A stretch of 64,000 bases of DNA from Escherichia coli O127:H6 str. E2348/69 (GCF_000026545.1 NC_011601.1); one strand, 5' to 3'; shown: positions 53,547 through 62,083, counted from the stretch's first letter. Made by a program: numbers and translations. Notes: a model not told the origin generated them from the sequence alone.

Positions 53547-56018
53547 TTAAAAATCAGCCTGATTCGGGATCAGTTTTTGCCAGATAGCTGAAACGTATTT
53601 TGCCTGGTGACGAGCGTCATCAAGTGCATTATGGCGCTCACCTTCGAATGGAATAGCCGTTCTGGCATCGAAGTCTATGGCTTTCCCCAGCTCAACGATT
53701 GTGCGTACATCGCGATCGTTGTAGTAACGCCACGGGCAGGGGATCCCCTGCCGTTCGTATGAACGGCGCAAAATCGTGTTGTCGAAGTTGGCTCCATTTC
53801 CCCAAACCTGAACAAAAAATTCACCGGAGTTTTCGTCGATAAATTCCCGCAATTGTAACAGTGCATCATCTAACGGGATTTCATCGGTCATAATGGCAGA
53901 TTGCGCTTCGCGTGATTGCTTAAGCCACCATTTAATGGTGTCCCGATCAATGACTCCGCCAGCAGTTTCCAGATCGATAGTCTTACTAAATTCCGGTCCC
54001 ATATCTCCGGTTTGCGGATCGAAAAATATTGCACCTATTGAGATGATCGGGGCATCAGGATTTTTTCCCATGGTTTCAAGGTCGATCATTAGATGGTCAC
54101 ACGTCCTGCTGGTGGATGTGATTTCGTGATGACCGTTCACCTTAATTGAGTGATCTGCCGTCTCGCCAGTCTCATTATCGCTATTGTGATGCTGATTGCC
54201 GCCAGTGTTCTCCTTGTGTGGATGCTCAGCGCCTTCCATTTCCTCCGGATCATCTTCCTGAACTTCAACCTGATACTCTTCATCGAATGTTTCCTGGTAT
54301 GTTGCGTCGCCCATCACCGCACCACAATCAGGGCAGTTGCCGCCGCCGGTCTGACCGCAGGCGGTGCAGACTTTTTCCACTTCCTGTTGCACTACTGGTT
54401 CAGGTAGTTTCGTTTCTGGCTCGTTTTGTTGCGTATTTGGGCTGTTTTGTTCCGCTTTCTGGTCGTTCTGTTCCGTTTCTTGCTGGTTCTGGTTCACAGA
54501 ATCGCGGGTTTCAATCCCCTTCACCCATTTCGGATCATTCGGATCGCTAATCCCTGCAACAAATTCACCACGTGATACTGCAAGCAGTTCATCGGCGTCA
54601 GGCTGGCTGATATTGGCTGCCTGCATAATTTTGTTTACTTCGTCAGCGGTAACTTTTACCGGCCCTGGTTGTGCGGTCGTGTCAGATGCACCAGTATTTT
54701 GTTGTGAACCTGAGTATGTACCGTTTTTGCGGGCGAAATATTCTTCTTTCGTGATTTCAGTAGCCCCTGCAGCCAGTGCCTTATCCAGACCAGAAAGTTT
54801 GTTTGCGCGACCGTATTTTTCGCTATCCTTGTCGGTGAAGAGGAAGTAGAACGGCCCTTCACGCTCTACAGATGGTTCGACTTCCACTTTGCATTCGGTT
54901 TTTTCGTTGTCCGGAATTGCCGTTTCCACTGCATCAGTTTCTGGTACTGGCGACGAGAGAGTATCAGTTGCGCTCTGATTTGTTCCTTCATCTTCAAACA
55001 CGCCCTTTGTAGTCAGGTATTCAGTAATGTATTTGTTCAGTGCCACAGGGTCTTTGTGAATGTCGATCGGACGTTCACGGACAAGGCCAAAAATAGTCTG
55101 GCGGTCGTAGCGAAGGGCATCAGGCTGTTTGCGCATTGATGCCGAGATACGCTTCCAGTCTTCGCGGTAGTTGTCGATAACTTCATTTTTTGCCCAGCGA
55201 TGGATGCTGCCGTCAATGTTTCCGGCATCCACATCACCAGGCCAGAGAGCGTAGGCCAGTTCGTCATCCAGTGTTTTCCATGTCTGCTTGTATTCGCGAT
55301 GAGTGGCAGCAATGACCGGGCTGATTTTTCCTGTTGAATTTTCAGTGTTCTGTTGATTGGCTCTGGCGCGGGCGAGATCAACAACAGACGTGTATTTTCC
55401 GGTTTCCTTGCGTTCACCTTCGCGACGTTTTTTCCAGATGCGCATCTCTGCCTGAATTTCGGGCCATTTGGCACCAGGCTTACATTTATGCTTAACCCAC
55501 CCGATGGCATGCAGCTTAAGCTCCGGATACATGGCGTTAACTTCTGGCATTTTCATCAACGCTTCAACGATATGTCCGTCGAATGTTGCCATGTCTTCCT
55601 GCAACAATTCCTGTGCGCTAATCACCATATCAACGGTGATGTTTTCACATGTGTCGAACTTAACCATGACAGCGTTCTGTACTTCAGGGGCCAGCTTGTC
55701 AAAAGTGACGTTCATCGGATCGGATTCAGTCTCAACCGGGACAAAAGAAGCAGAATCCTCATCCCAGCGGTTTTCCTGCATATATTCAGCATCCCATGAA
55801 TCGAGGGCAGGGCGGGGTATGCCAGGTTTATCCTCGCAGACAATAAATTTATAAGCGCAGTCCTGAGCAGCCGGATAATGTTCCAGGAATTGCCAGTGAA
55901 ATTTTGCTCGAGCACGGCGTTCGTCGCCAGCTTCAATGGCTGTGGCTACAGCCACAGCGCCTTCTTCCCTTGTTGCCAGTTCGTCAGGAATAGCGGCGCA
56001 AATAAAGACTTTACTCAT
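53547..56018 (-). CDS. prophage exonuclease with C-terminal DnaQ-like (DEDDh) 3'-5' exonuclease domain
   Basis: ORF 53547-56054 (alternative start MSKVF at 56018); C-terminus has DLETMG and HNALDDA motifs; central Gln/Asn/Glu-rich linker and a Cys4 cluster CTACGQTGGGNCPDCG. Confidence 0.7.
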   Translation of the reverse strand: MSKVFICAAIPDELATREEGAVAVATAIEAGDERRARAKFHWQFLEHYPAAQDCAYKFIVCEDKPGIPRPALDSWDAEYMQENRWDEDSASFVPVETESDPMNVTFDKLAPEVQNAVMVKFDTCENITVDMVISAQELLQEDMATFDGHIVEALMKMPEVNAMYPELKLHAIGWVKHKCKPGAKWPEIQAEMRIWKKRREGERKETGKYTSVVDLARARANQQNTENSTGKISPVIAATHREYKQTWKTLDDELAYALWPGDVDAGNIDGSIHRWAKNEVIDNYREDWKRISASMRKQPDALRYDRQTIFGLVRERPIDIHKDPVALNKYITEYLTTKGVFEDEGTNQSATDTLSSPVPETDAVETAIPDNEKTECKVEVEPSVEREGPFYFLFTDKDSEKYGRANKLSGLDKALAAGATEITKEEYFARKNGTYSGSQQNTGASDTTAQPGPVKVTADEVNKIMQAANISQPDADELLAVSRGEFVAGISDPNDPKWVKGIETRDSVNQNQQETEQNDQKAEQNSPNTQQNEPETKLPEPVVQQEVEKVCTACGQTGGGNCPDCGAVMGDATYQETFDEEYQVEVQEDDPEEMEGAEHPHKENTGGNQHHNSDNETGETADHSIKVNGHHEITSTSRTCDHLMIDLETMGKNPDAPIISIGAIFFDPQTGDMGPEFSKTIDLETAGGVIDRDTIKWWLKQSREAQSAIMTDEIPLDDALLQLREFIDENSGEFFVQVWGNGANFDNTILRRSYERQGIPCPWRYYNDRDVRTIVELGKAIDFDARTAIPFEGERHNALDDARHQAKYVSAIWQKLIPNQADF

Positions 56019-56110
56019 TTGTTTTAACCTCATGACAGATTTAAGGATGAACAAATCCCTGCCATTGCTGGCATATAAGAATGAAACCGGATATTTATTA
56101 CGGAACTGTT

Positions 56111-56302
56111 TTAAAGACCTGCCGGGATTTCGATATTATCCTGGTGAATAACTTTATCGACCGGGTAACAGTTACCGGGAATTTTCTGTTCGGTTGCTGC
56201 AGTCATACACTACTGCATTGTCCTGTGAACACTGACTGCAATATCAACTGGCTCTCCGGAAACAAGAAAAACTGTCAGAACAAGCACAAATGCTGAATTC
56301 AT
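56111..56302 (-). pseudogene. ydfD: ydfD-like lysis-protein gene interrupted by an in-frame amber codon
   Basis: MNSAFVLVLTVFLVSGEPVDIAVSVHRTMQ then TAG, then the frame continues CMTAATEQKIPGNCYPVDKVIHQDNIEIPAGL; total length equals a 63-aa gene; start overlaps the dicB stop as ATGA. Confidence 0.6.
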
Positions 56303-56487
56303 TGTGCACATCCTTTTGGCATCAGACGTAAACGAGCCAGCATTGAAACAATGCATATTTTATTTAATAGCTCCCGTTCTTGTTTTCTCTTGTTAATGGC
56401 ATCTTCAGTAAATACTGGGTTACTGATAGTGACACCAATTTCAAAACAACCTTCAGACGTATTAACGTTTGGTAATAACGTTTTCAT
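56299..56487 (-). CDS. dicB: cell-division inhibitor DicB
   Basis: 62 aa from internal Met (MKTLLPNVNTSEGCFEIGVTISNPVFTEDAINKRKQERELLNKICIVSMLARLRLMPKGCAQ); lies downstream of dicF in the dicA-side operon. Confidence 0.75.
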   Translation of the reverse strand: MKTLLPNVNTSEGCFEIGVTISNPVFTEDAINKRKQERELLNKICIVSMLARLRLMPKGCAQ

Positions 56488-56656
56488 TATCGCGTCCTCA
56501 ACAATGAATTTTGTGATGCAGTGCCTGGTGCCTCCAGGTGACGTTAACCAGTTAACAATTAACGCCGGATACAGAGAATCCACCCATAACACTGTTTTTG
56601 GTTTTAACTGTTCCGCGTGCGCTCAGCCGCATTCACCACATCACAAAATTCACTTT

Positions 56657-56714
56657 AAAAAGGGCGGCAGAGCAGTCACGGAGTAAAACTGATACCGCCA
56701 AACGTCACCAGAAA
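56657..56714 (-). ncRNA. dicF: DicF small RNA
   Basis: Minus-strand sequence TTTCTGGTGACGTTTGGCGGTATCAGTTTTACTCCGTGACTGCTCTGCCGCCCTTTTT matches the recalled DicF sequence including its terminator hairpin and U-tail. Confidence 0.75.
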
Positions 56715-57055
56715 ATTGATAACAGAGGGCGTTGCAGCGGGGTTGTCACTTAAGCGTATGGTCAACCTGACAACCCGGTGTCCTCAACGGGGGAAGGAAT
56801 AACCCCGCCATACTTACCGCCGCGCCATTTCGCGGATTGCCACAACCGGAAGCGCACGGTCGACGAAAATTTAACGACAGGCTATCTATGAACCAGCTAC
56901 CTCGCCGTGCGCTTTCGCGTTATGGTCTGACTTTTCAGGGAAATATCCTTTCAGTAAACTGTCAGTGCCGGATGCTCACCCGTGTCCGGCGCACGCACTC
57001 CACCTCATCCGTGGAGAACTCCTTAATTACCAACCTTAGCTTCGTTGGTTAGCTA

Positions 57056-57274
57056 TTAACGCGGGTATGTAATCATTCTGGCAATGCTTAATGTCGCTGC
57101 TTTTTCCAGATTAGTGATATCCTGCTCCAGAGCGGACAGATTTTCAGCCTGCTTAGCCCTGGCTTCATTGGCCCATTTCAGATCCTGCGCTGCATTAATT
57201 TTCTGGCGCATCCACTCATAAAGTTCATCATCGGTATAGTCTGGCGCGATGATGACGGGTTCTCGTTTCTGCAT
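57056..57274 (-). CDS. ydfC: Qin-type small prophage protein YdfC-like
   Basis: 72-aa ORF in the expected position and size between ydfB and dicF. Confidence 0.6.
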   Translation of the reverse strand: MQKREPVIIAPDYTDDELYEWMRQKINAAQDLKWANEARAKQAENLSALEQDITNLEKAATLSIARMITYPR

Positions 57275-57303
57275 ACTGATTCCTCGCGGTGCTGTTTCGC
57301 TTA

Positions 57304-57432
57304 TCAGCCGTTAGATTTTGCCGAACTGGAAAGTGCCTGTTTAAATTCGCTGAAGCTGAGAGCTTCTTCGCCTTCGGCAAGACCTTCGAAGTATTCTTCG
57401 TAAGCCTTTTCCATGATTGTGTCGAAATCCAT
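57304..57432 (-). CDS. ydfB: Qin-type small prophage protein YdfB-like
   Basis: 42-aa ORF (MDFDTIMEKAYEEYFEGLAEGEEALSFSEFKQALSSSAKSNG), below the ORF-track cutoff; found by direct translation. Confidence 0.55.
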   Translation of the reverse strand: MDFDTIMEKAYEEYFEGLAEGEEALSFSEFKQALSSSAKSNG

Positions 57433-57433
57433 A

Positions 57434-57589
57434 TCACCCACCTGAATTTCTTTCCAGCCAGCGACGCGCTCCAGATTCGGTTTTAAACGTTTTGCTTTTG
57501 GTATACGTCATCGCGGTGAACGTACCGTCCTGGTTGGGGAACACGCCACATACCAGAGATTCGCTGTTGCCAAGATCGATAGTATCCAT
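57434..57589 (-). CDS. ydfA: Qin-type small prophage protein YdfA-like
   Basis: 51 aa from internal Met (MDTIDLGNSESLVCGVFPNQDGTFTAMTYTKSKTFKTESGARRWLERNSGG); the ORF-track frame extends to 57682. Confidence 0.55.
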   Translation of the reverse strand: MDTIDLGNSESLVCGVFPNQDGTFTAMTYTKSKTFKTESGARRWLERNSGG

Positions 57590-57780
57590 GTTGACCTCAT
57601 TTCCCCTTAACGCCGGGGTAGCGGAACTGTTTGCTGAGAACACCGTGCGGTGTCTTGATGGATCGTAATTTAGTTTTCTCATGAATATTGATCAAGTGCT
57701 TTTGATGATAAAACTCAATATTTAATGCAAAATAAAGCCAATACATTGAAATGTAAGGCTTTAAAATTTGTGAAGGGGGG

Positions 57781-58188
57781 TTATTGATGTTTGTTACGTT
57801 TGCGAGCTTCTAGTAGCTCGGTGAATAGGCGATTAAAATTCTCAACGCGGGCACGGAGTTCGCTGATTTGTGCTTGCTGCTCTGATTTTGGAAGTGCGCG
57901 ATACAATCGCAACATCTCCAACTCATCTTCCGATAAGTCTAAGGCGCTGTTGAGTGCAACTGGTGGATCTGGTGTTTTATCCTCGTCACCAAACAGTATC
58001 CAAGTTGGTGAACATTGCAATACCTCAGCCAGGCGATGCAAATTTTGCCCGCGCGGGGCTGTATGGTCGCTTTCCCATAGTGAAATTGATGAGCCAGATA
58101 CGCCAGCAGCTTTGCTTAAATCGTTTTGACTTAAACCAACCTGTTTGCGTCTTTCTCTAATTCGTTGACCTAAAGTTTTCTCGTTCAT
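57781..58188 (-). CDS. dicA: prophage repressor, DicA-like (XRE-family HTH)
   Basis: 135-aa ORF; HTH region QRIRERRKQVGLSQNDLSKAAGVSGSSISLWE and the VLQCSPTWILFGDEDK segment recalled from DicA. Confidence 0.85.
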   Translation of the reverse strand: MNEKTLGQRIRERRKQVGLSQNDLSKAAGVSGSSISLWESDHTAPRGQNLHRLAEVLQCSPTWILFGDEDKTPDPPVALNSALDLSEDELEMLRLYRALPKSEQQAQISELRARVENFNRLFTELLEARKRNKHQ

Positions 58189-58209
58189 ATTTAGATATCT
58201 TAATAACCC

Positions 58210-58239
58210 TTGACTTGAGATTCCTTGAGTGATTACTAT
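58210..58239 (+). promoter_or_regulatory. candidate rightward promoter and operator region of the dicA/dicC switch
   Basis: -35 TTGACT (58210-58215), 18-nt spacer, -10-like TACTAT (58234-58239); three TTGAG pentamers 11 and 14 nt apart. Confidence 0.4.
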
Positions 58240-58265
58240 TGAGAAAACTCAACTTTGGAGGGGTG

Positions 58266-58493
58266 ATGTTTAAATCAGACGTAATTAATTTTTATGGGAC
58301 GAAAGCCAAAGTAGCGAAAGCTGCTGGTGTTGATCCATCTGCTGTTTCTCAATGGGGGGAACTGGTTCCTGAAGGTCGCGCGATGCGCCTGCAAGAGGCA
58401 TCCGGCGGGGAACTTCAGTACGACCCCAAAGTTTATGACGAATATCGTAAGGCAAAGCGGGCGGGGCGGTTGAACAATGAAAATCACCCCTGA
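58266..58493 (+). CDS. dicC: Cro-like regulator, DicC-like
   Basis: 75 aa from internal Met (MFKSDVINFYGTKAKVAKAAGVDPSAVSQWG...); divergent from the repressor gene. Confidence 0.75.
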   Translation: MFKSDVINFYGTKAKVAKAAGVDPSAVSQWGELVPEGRAMRLQEASGGELQYDPKVYDEYRKAKRAGRLNNENHP

Positions 58494-59028
58494 ACAGGTT
58501 TGTGAGGCTCTGGATGCCTGGGTATGCCGACCAGGAATGACACAGGAGCAGGCGACGATATTAATCACGGAAGCATTCTGGGCTCTGAAAGAACGCCCGA
58601 ACATCGATGTTCAACGCGTCACGTTTAATGATGGCGAGGTTGATCAACGGGCGCTGTGCGTTAACCGGGTGAAGATATTCGAACGCTGGAAAGCTATCGA
58701 CACCAGGGATAAGCGGAAAAAATTCACGGCGCTGATTCCGGCAATTATGGAGGCTATCCGAATTAGTGATTTCAGGCTGTATCGTGAGATCAGTGATGGA
58801 AAAAGCATTACGTACATGATCGCCGGATTAAACAAAGAATATGGCGATGTGGTGGAGTCCGGGCTGCTTTTTGCGGATCCATCTGTTGTGGAACGTGAGA
58901 CTGACGAGCTTATAGAAAAAGCTATTGCTTTCAAGCATGCGTATCGTCAGCAATATCAATATTACTTTGCAGATAAACAAATGTCTGCCAGGGGTTCGTA
59001 TGAGTATCGATGCACTACGATGGGCTAA
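58477..59028 (+). CDS. prophage early protein, YdaT-like (CII-analogue family)
   Basis: 183-aa ORF overlapping the dicC stop; segment KFTALIPAIMEAIRISDFRLY resembles the recalled YdaT core; function uncertain. Confidence 0.5.
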   Translation: MKITPEQVCEALDAWVCRPGMTQEQATILITEAFWALKERPNIDVQRVTFNDGEVDQRALCVNRVKIFERWKAIDTRDKRKKFTALIPAIMEAIRISDFRLYREISDGKSITYMIAGLNKEYGDVVESGLLFADPSVVERETDELIEKAIAFKHAYRQQYQYYFADKQMSARGSYEYRCTTMG

Positions 59029-60040
59029 AAAGGTGAAAACCGGCAGTTCATCCAGTAAGTCTGTATTGACCTGGCTTGCTGATATGTGCGGTGCCGATTT
59101 GTGTGCATACCCGTCTGTATCTGCACTGGCAGAAGTAACGGAACTGAACAAAAAGACTGTGCAGGACAGCTTACGACACCTGATGGAGATTGGGTTAATT
59201 GTTGATACCGGTGAGAGAAAAGGCAGAACAAAGCAAATTGTGGTGTACCGACTTATCGGTGTAGAAGAAAGTGTTGCCGAGCCTGAATACACCCAAAAAC
59301 GGGAGTCTTTAAAGGTGGGTAAAATCGGTGCTGTTAATAAAAACAGTACCGAAAATGGTTATGTTTCAGCACAAAACAGACCCAAAAACGGAACTCTTAG
59401 CTGCATGGAAAATAACCAAAGACACCCAAATTTTCCATCAAAGACACCCAAAAACGGATCACGGAACCCAAAGGAACCCAAAGAGCTAAACCCCACACAT
59501 AACGCACGCGAGAGTGCTCCGACCAGTGAGCAGAAAGTTTTGTCGTTACAGGCTGCACCTCCTGTATTCCTGGATGGCCTGAGCGAACCCATCGAAAAAT
59601 TTCCGATGACCGATAGCTGGTATCCGTCACGGGATTTTCGACGACGGGCTGCGTTGTGGGGGATGGCTTTGCCGGAGACAGAATTCACACCTGCTGAACT
59701 TGCCGCCTTCCGGGACTACTGGGCTGCTGAGGGGAAAGTGTTTACGCAGATTCAGTGGGAGCAGAAATTCGCCCGTCACGTAAATCACGTCAGGGCGCAG
59801 GTTAAACCAGTCAGCAAGGGGGTAAACCATGCAGCAGCACCAGGTGACACCGCATCACGGGCAGTTCAGGAAATTCGGGCAGCACGTGAGCAGTGGGAAC
59901 GTGAAAACGGATTTATCAGCGACGGAAACGGCCTGGAAGCTGTGGGAACTCATGGGGGAGGTTTATTCGAACCGCTGGACCCAGAAGAACGGGGCCGCAC
60001 CTTCGAAGCTCTGGATTGCACAGATTGGTGCGATGACTGA
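59000..60040 (+). CDS. phage replication initiation protein (O-like, N-terminal winged HTH, DnaT-like C-terminal region)
   Basis: Start taken at MSIDALRWAKKV (ORF track 58925); HTH segment LAEVTELNKKTVQDSLRHLMEIGLIV. Confidence 0.7.
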   Translation: MSIDALRWAKKVKTGSSSSKSVLTWLADMCGADLCAYPSVSALAEVTELNKKTVQDSLRHLMEIGLIVDTGERKGRTKQIVVYRLIGVEESVAEPEYTQKRESLKVGKIGAVNKNSTENGYVSAQNRPKNGTLSCMENNQRHPNFPSKTPKNGSRNPKEPKELNPTHNARESAPTSEQKVLSLQAAPPVFLDGLSEPIEKFPMTDSWYPSRDFRRRAALWGMALPETEFTPAELAAFRDYWAAEGKVFTQIQWEQKFARHVNHVRAQVKPVSKGVNHAAAPGDTASRAVQEIRAAREQWERENGFISDGNGLEAVGTHGGGLFEPLDPEERGRTFEALDCTDWCDD

Positions 60041-60494
60041 GCAGAAAATCCGACAGGTCTGCCGCCAGTGCATGGACCGCTGCCGGGCGGGTGAAACATG
60101 GCCTCCGGACCTGGCTGAGTTTGTGGCGCTGATTTCTGAAAGCGGAGCCAATCCATTCGGTCTGACGGTGGATGCCGTGATGGAGGAGTACCGTCGCTGG
60201 CGCAACGAGTCCTGGCGATACGACGGGAGCGATAAATACCCGTGGTCTCAGCCTGTGCTGTATCACATTTGCCTCGAGATGCGTTCAAAGGGGATTGAGC
60301 GGCAGATGACCGAAGGGGAGTTAAAACGGCTTGCAGAACGGCAGCTGACGAAATGGGCAAAGCATGTTAGTAACGGCCTGAGTGTTCCGCCAGTCCGGCG
60401 ACAACTGGCGGCACCCAAACGCCCGTCGGGGCCAACGCCAATTGAGTTGCTGAAACAGGAATATGAACGCCGGAAAGCGGCTGGGCTTGTCTGA
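59829..60494 (+). CDS. phage replication protein, lambda P-like (helicase loader)
   Basis: 221-aa ORF; C-terminal DKYPWSQPVLYHICLEMRSKG parallels lambda P (ESYPWKSNAHYWLV...); overlaps the O-like gene out of frame for about 210 nt; start uncertain (alternatives 59952, 60033). Confidence 0.7.
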   Translation: MQQHQVTPHHGQFRKFGQHVSSGNVKTDLSATETAWKLWELMGEVYSNRWTQKNGAAPSKLWIAQIGAMTEQKIRQVCRQCMDRCRAGETWPPDLAEFVALISESGANPFGLTVDAVMEEYRRWRNESWRYDGSDKYPWSQPVLYHICLEMRSKGIERQMTEGELKRLAERQLTKWAKHVSNGLSVPPVRRQLAAPKRPSGPTPIELLKQEYERRKAAGLV

Positions 60495-60526
60495 GTTGAG
60501 AAGTAATTTTTACCGGGAGGAAATTT

Positions 60527-60801
60527 ATGGAGACTGTTTTTGACGCACTGAAAGCAATGGGAAAAGCCACATCCATAGAACTTGCTGCGCGCGTGAAGAA
60601 GTGCTGAACGAACTATGGGAACTGAAAAAGGCTGGTTTTGTTGATAAAAGCGCGTACACCTGGCGTGTGGCTGATAACAACGTTCAGCAGGAACAGCCAG
60701 CGCAGGCAGAACTGCCGGAAGAAACCACCACAATGAGTGAAGTTATGCAGCGCATACTGGCATTTTATCAGGGAAATGTTCGATATTTTAGACGTTACTA
60801 G
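60527..60801 (+). pseudogene. small prophage gene split by a frameshift
   Basis: [26 protein letters not shown] then stop at about 60605; the reading frame continues after a 1-nt shift as ...[25 protein letters not shown]...RYFRRY (60601-60801). Confidence 0.45.
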
Positions 60802-61240
60802 ATTAAAGAGCATTAGTTCAGATGTGAATTGACATTGTGTGGCACAGGGTTGGGCTAGCGTGGGGGTTTGCTTTGTGTAAGAAACGGATGCTCTGCAAAT
60901 TACTACTAATGCTTAATGTTAGTCTGATCTGCTCCCCGATGATTAATACACCGCTATGTTAGTAATGTCTGTAGATCGCTGTGTGTTGCATCCATCGGTT
61001 GACCCCACAGTCCAAACCAGACTGTCAGCTTTGATTCGATTCTATCTACTCAACCTGTCAGGTAATGTCTGAGCTAATACACAGAGTACGGCTATCGCGA
61101 ACTTTAAGCTAGGTATCTGATACGCACCGTTCACTTGGTCGTACTTCTTGCACTGACTAGCTATCGTGCGCAGTTATTTATAGGTAATCTCCAGTGTATA
61201 ATTTTCCAACTTATGGGAGATTGTAAAACAGGAGGAATAT

Positions 61241-62083
61241 ATGAGGAAAAAATCGTTTGGACGTTGCCCGTTTGATTTCGACGAAGATGTAAAAAAAATA
61301 GCCGCGATAAATAAATATATCCATGCGAAATTTGAGAGGCATAAAAATAAAATAGATAACCTAAAGGGGGTGGAACAAAAATTGATGGTTTTACATTACT
61401 TTAATGTACTGAATGAACTTAGTAATCAGGCTATATTTTCTTTGAGTACCGGAGCCTTTTCAGCATCGGAAGTATTAACTAGAGTTATAATGGAACAGGC
61501 TGCCAATCAATTTTATATAGCAATTGATGATGGAAAAAATGCACAAGCATTACTCAAGGGTAGTAAGAAATTAGTTCATAGTAATGGGAAACGGTGGCTG
61601 GAGTGTTTAAAATCCAAAGAAATGACTAATCCAGCAGCAGATGAAAGGATTCGTATCGGAAAAGAGCTAACTGATATGTTTAATAGATTGTGGCCAAATA
61701 CACCTGAATATCCTGGAACCAAAAAGCTTTTCGAAGTAATTGGCTGGGAAACACACTATCATGCCTATTACGTCCCTCTTTGTGATTCAATACATACATT
61801 CTCTGATGATATGGCAAATATAGTATCTCTATATAATGCAATCCAAAGCGATAAAACTACTGCTATCGAACTCACTCTTGCAGTTAAACAAGAAAATAAA
61901 CGGCTGGCAATTTATAATGTCGTAATTGCTATTGGCCTGCGGTGTGAGGCCTTAGTAAATGTATTTAACTCTTTAGGTTATCGAGATATTATAACTGAAA
62001 TGGCGCCAACAATAGATGCAGTCAACCAGATTATAATTCGATATGATGATTTCGAACATTCCAGAATTTTTTATTGTCAATAA
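61241..62083 (+). CDS. hypothetical protein, AT-rich cargo gene (predicted mostly alpha-helical; function unknown)
   Basis: 280-aa ORF with AGGAGG SD 7 nt upstream and TATAAT -10 at about 61196; Lys/Ile/Asn-rich codon usage unlike the flanking prophage backbone. Confidence 0.7.
   Translation: MRKKSFGRCPFDFDEDVKKIAAINKYIHAKFERHKNKIDNLKGVEQKLMVLHYFNVLNELSNQAIFSLSTGAFSASEVLTRVIMEQAANQFYIAIDDGKNAQALLKGSKKLVHSNGKRWLECLKSKEMTNPAADERIRIGKELTDMFNRLWPNTPEYPGTKKLFEVIGWETHYHAYYVPLCDSIHTFSDDMANIVSLYNAIQSDKTTAIELTLAVKQENKRLAIYNVVIAIGLRCEALVNVFNSLGYRDIITEMAPTIDAVNQIIIRYDDFEHSRIFYCQ

Noticed and set aside
56081-56296. 71-aa Cys-rich ORF on the plus strand
   Set aside because: Antisense to the ydfD-like frame, which has the better support (ATGA coupling to dicB, size match).
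60263-60733. 156-aa minus-strand ORF
   Set aside because: Antisense to the P-like gene and the frameshifted small gene; no homology signal.
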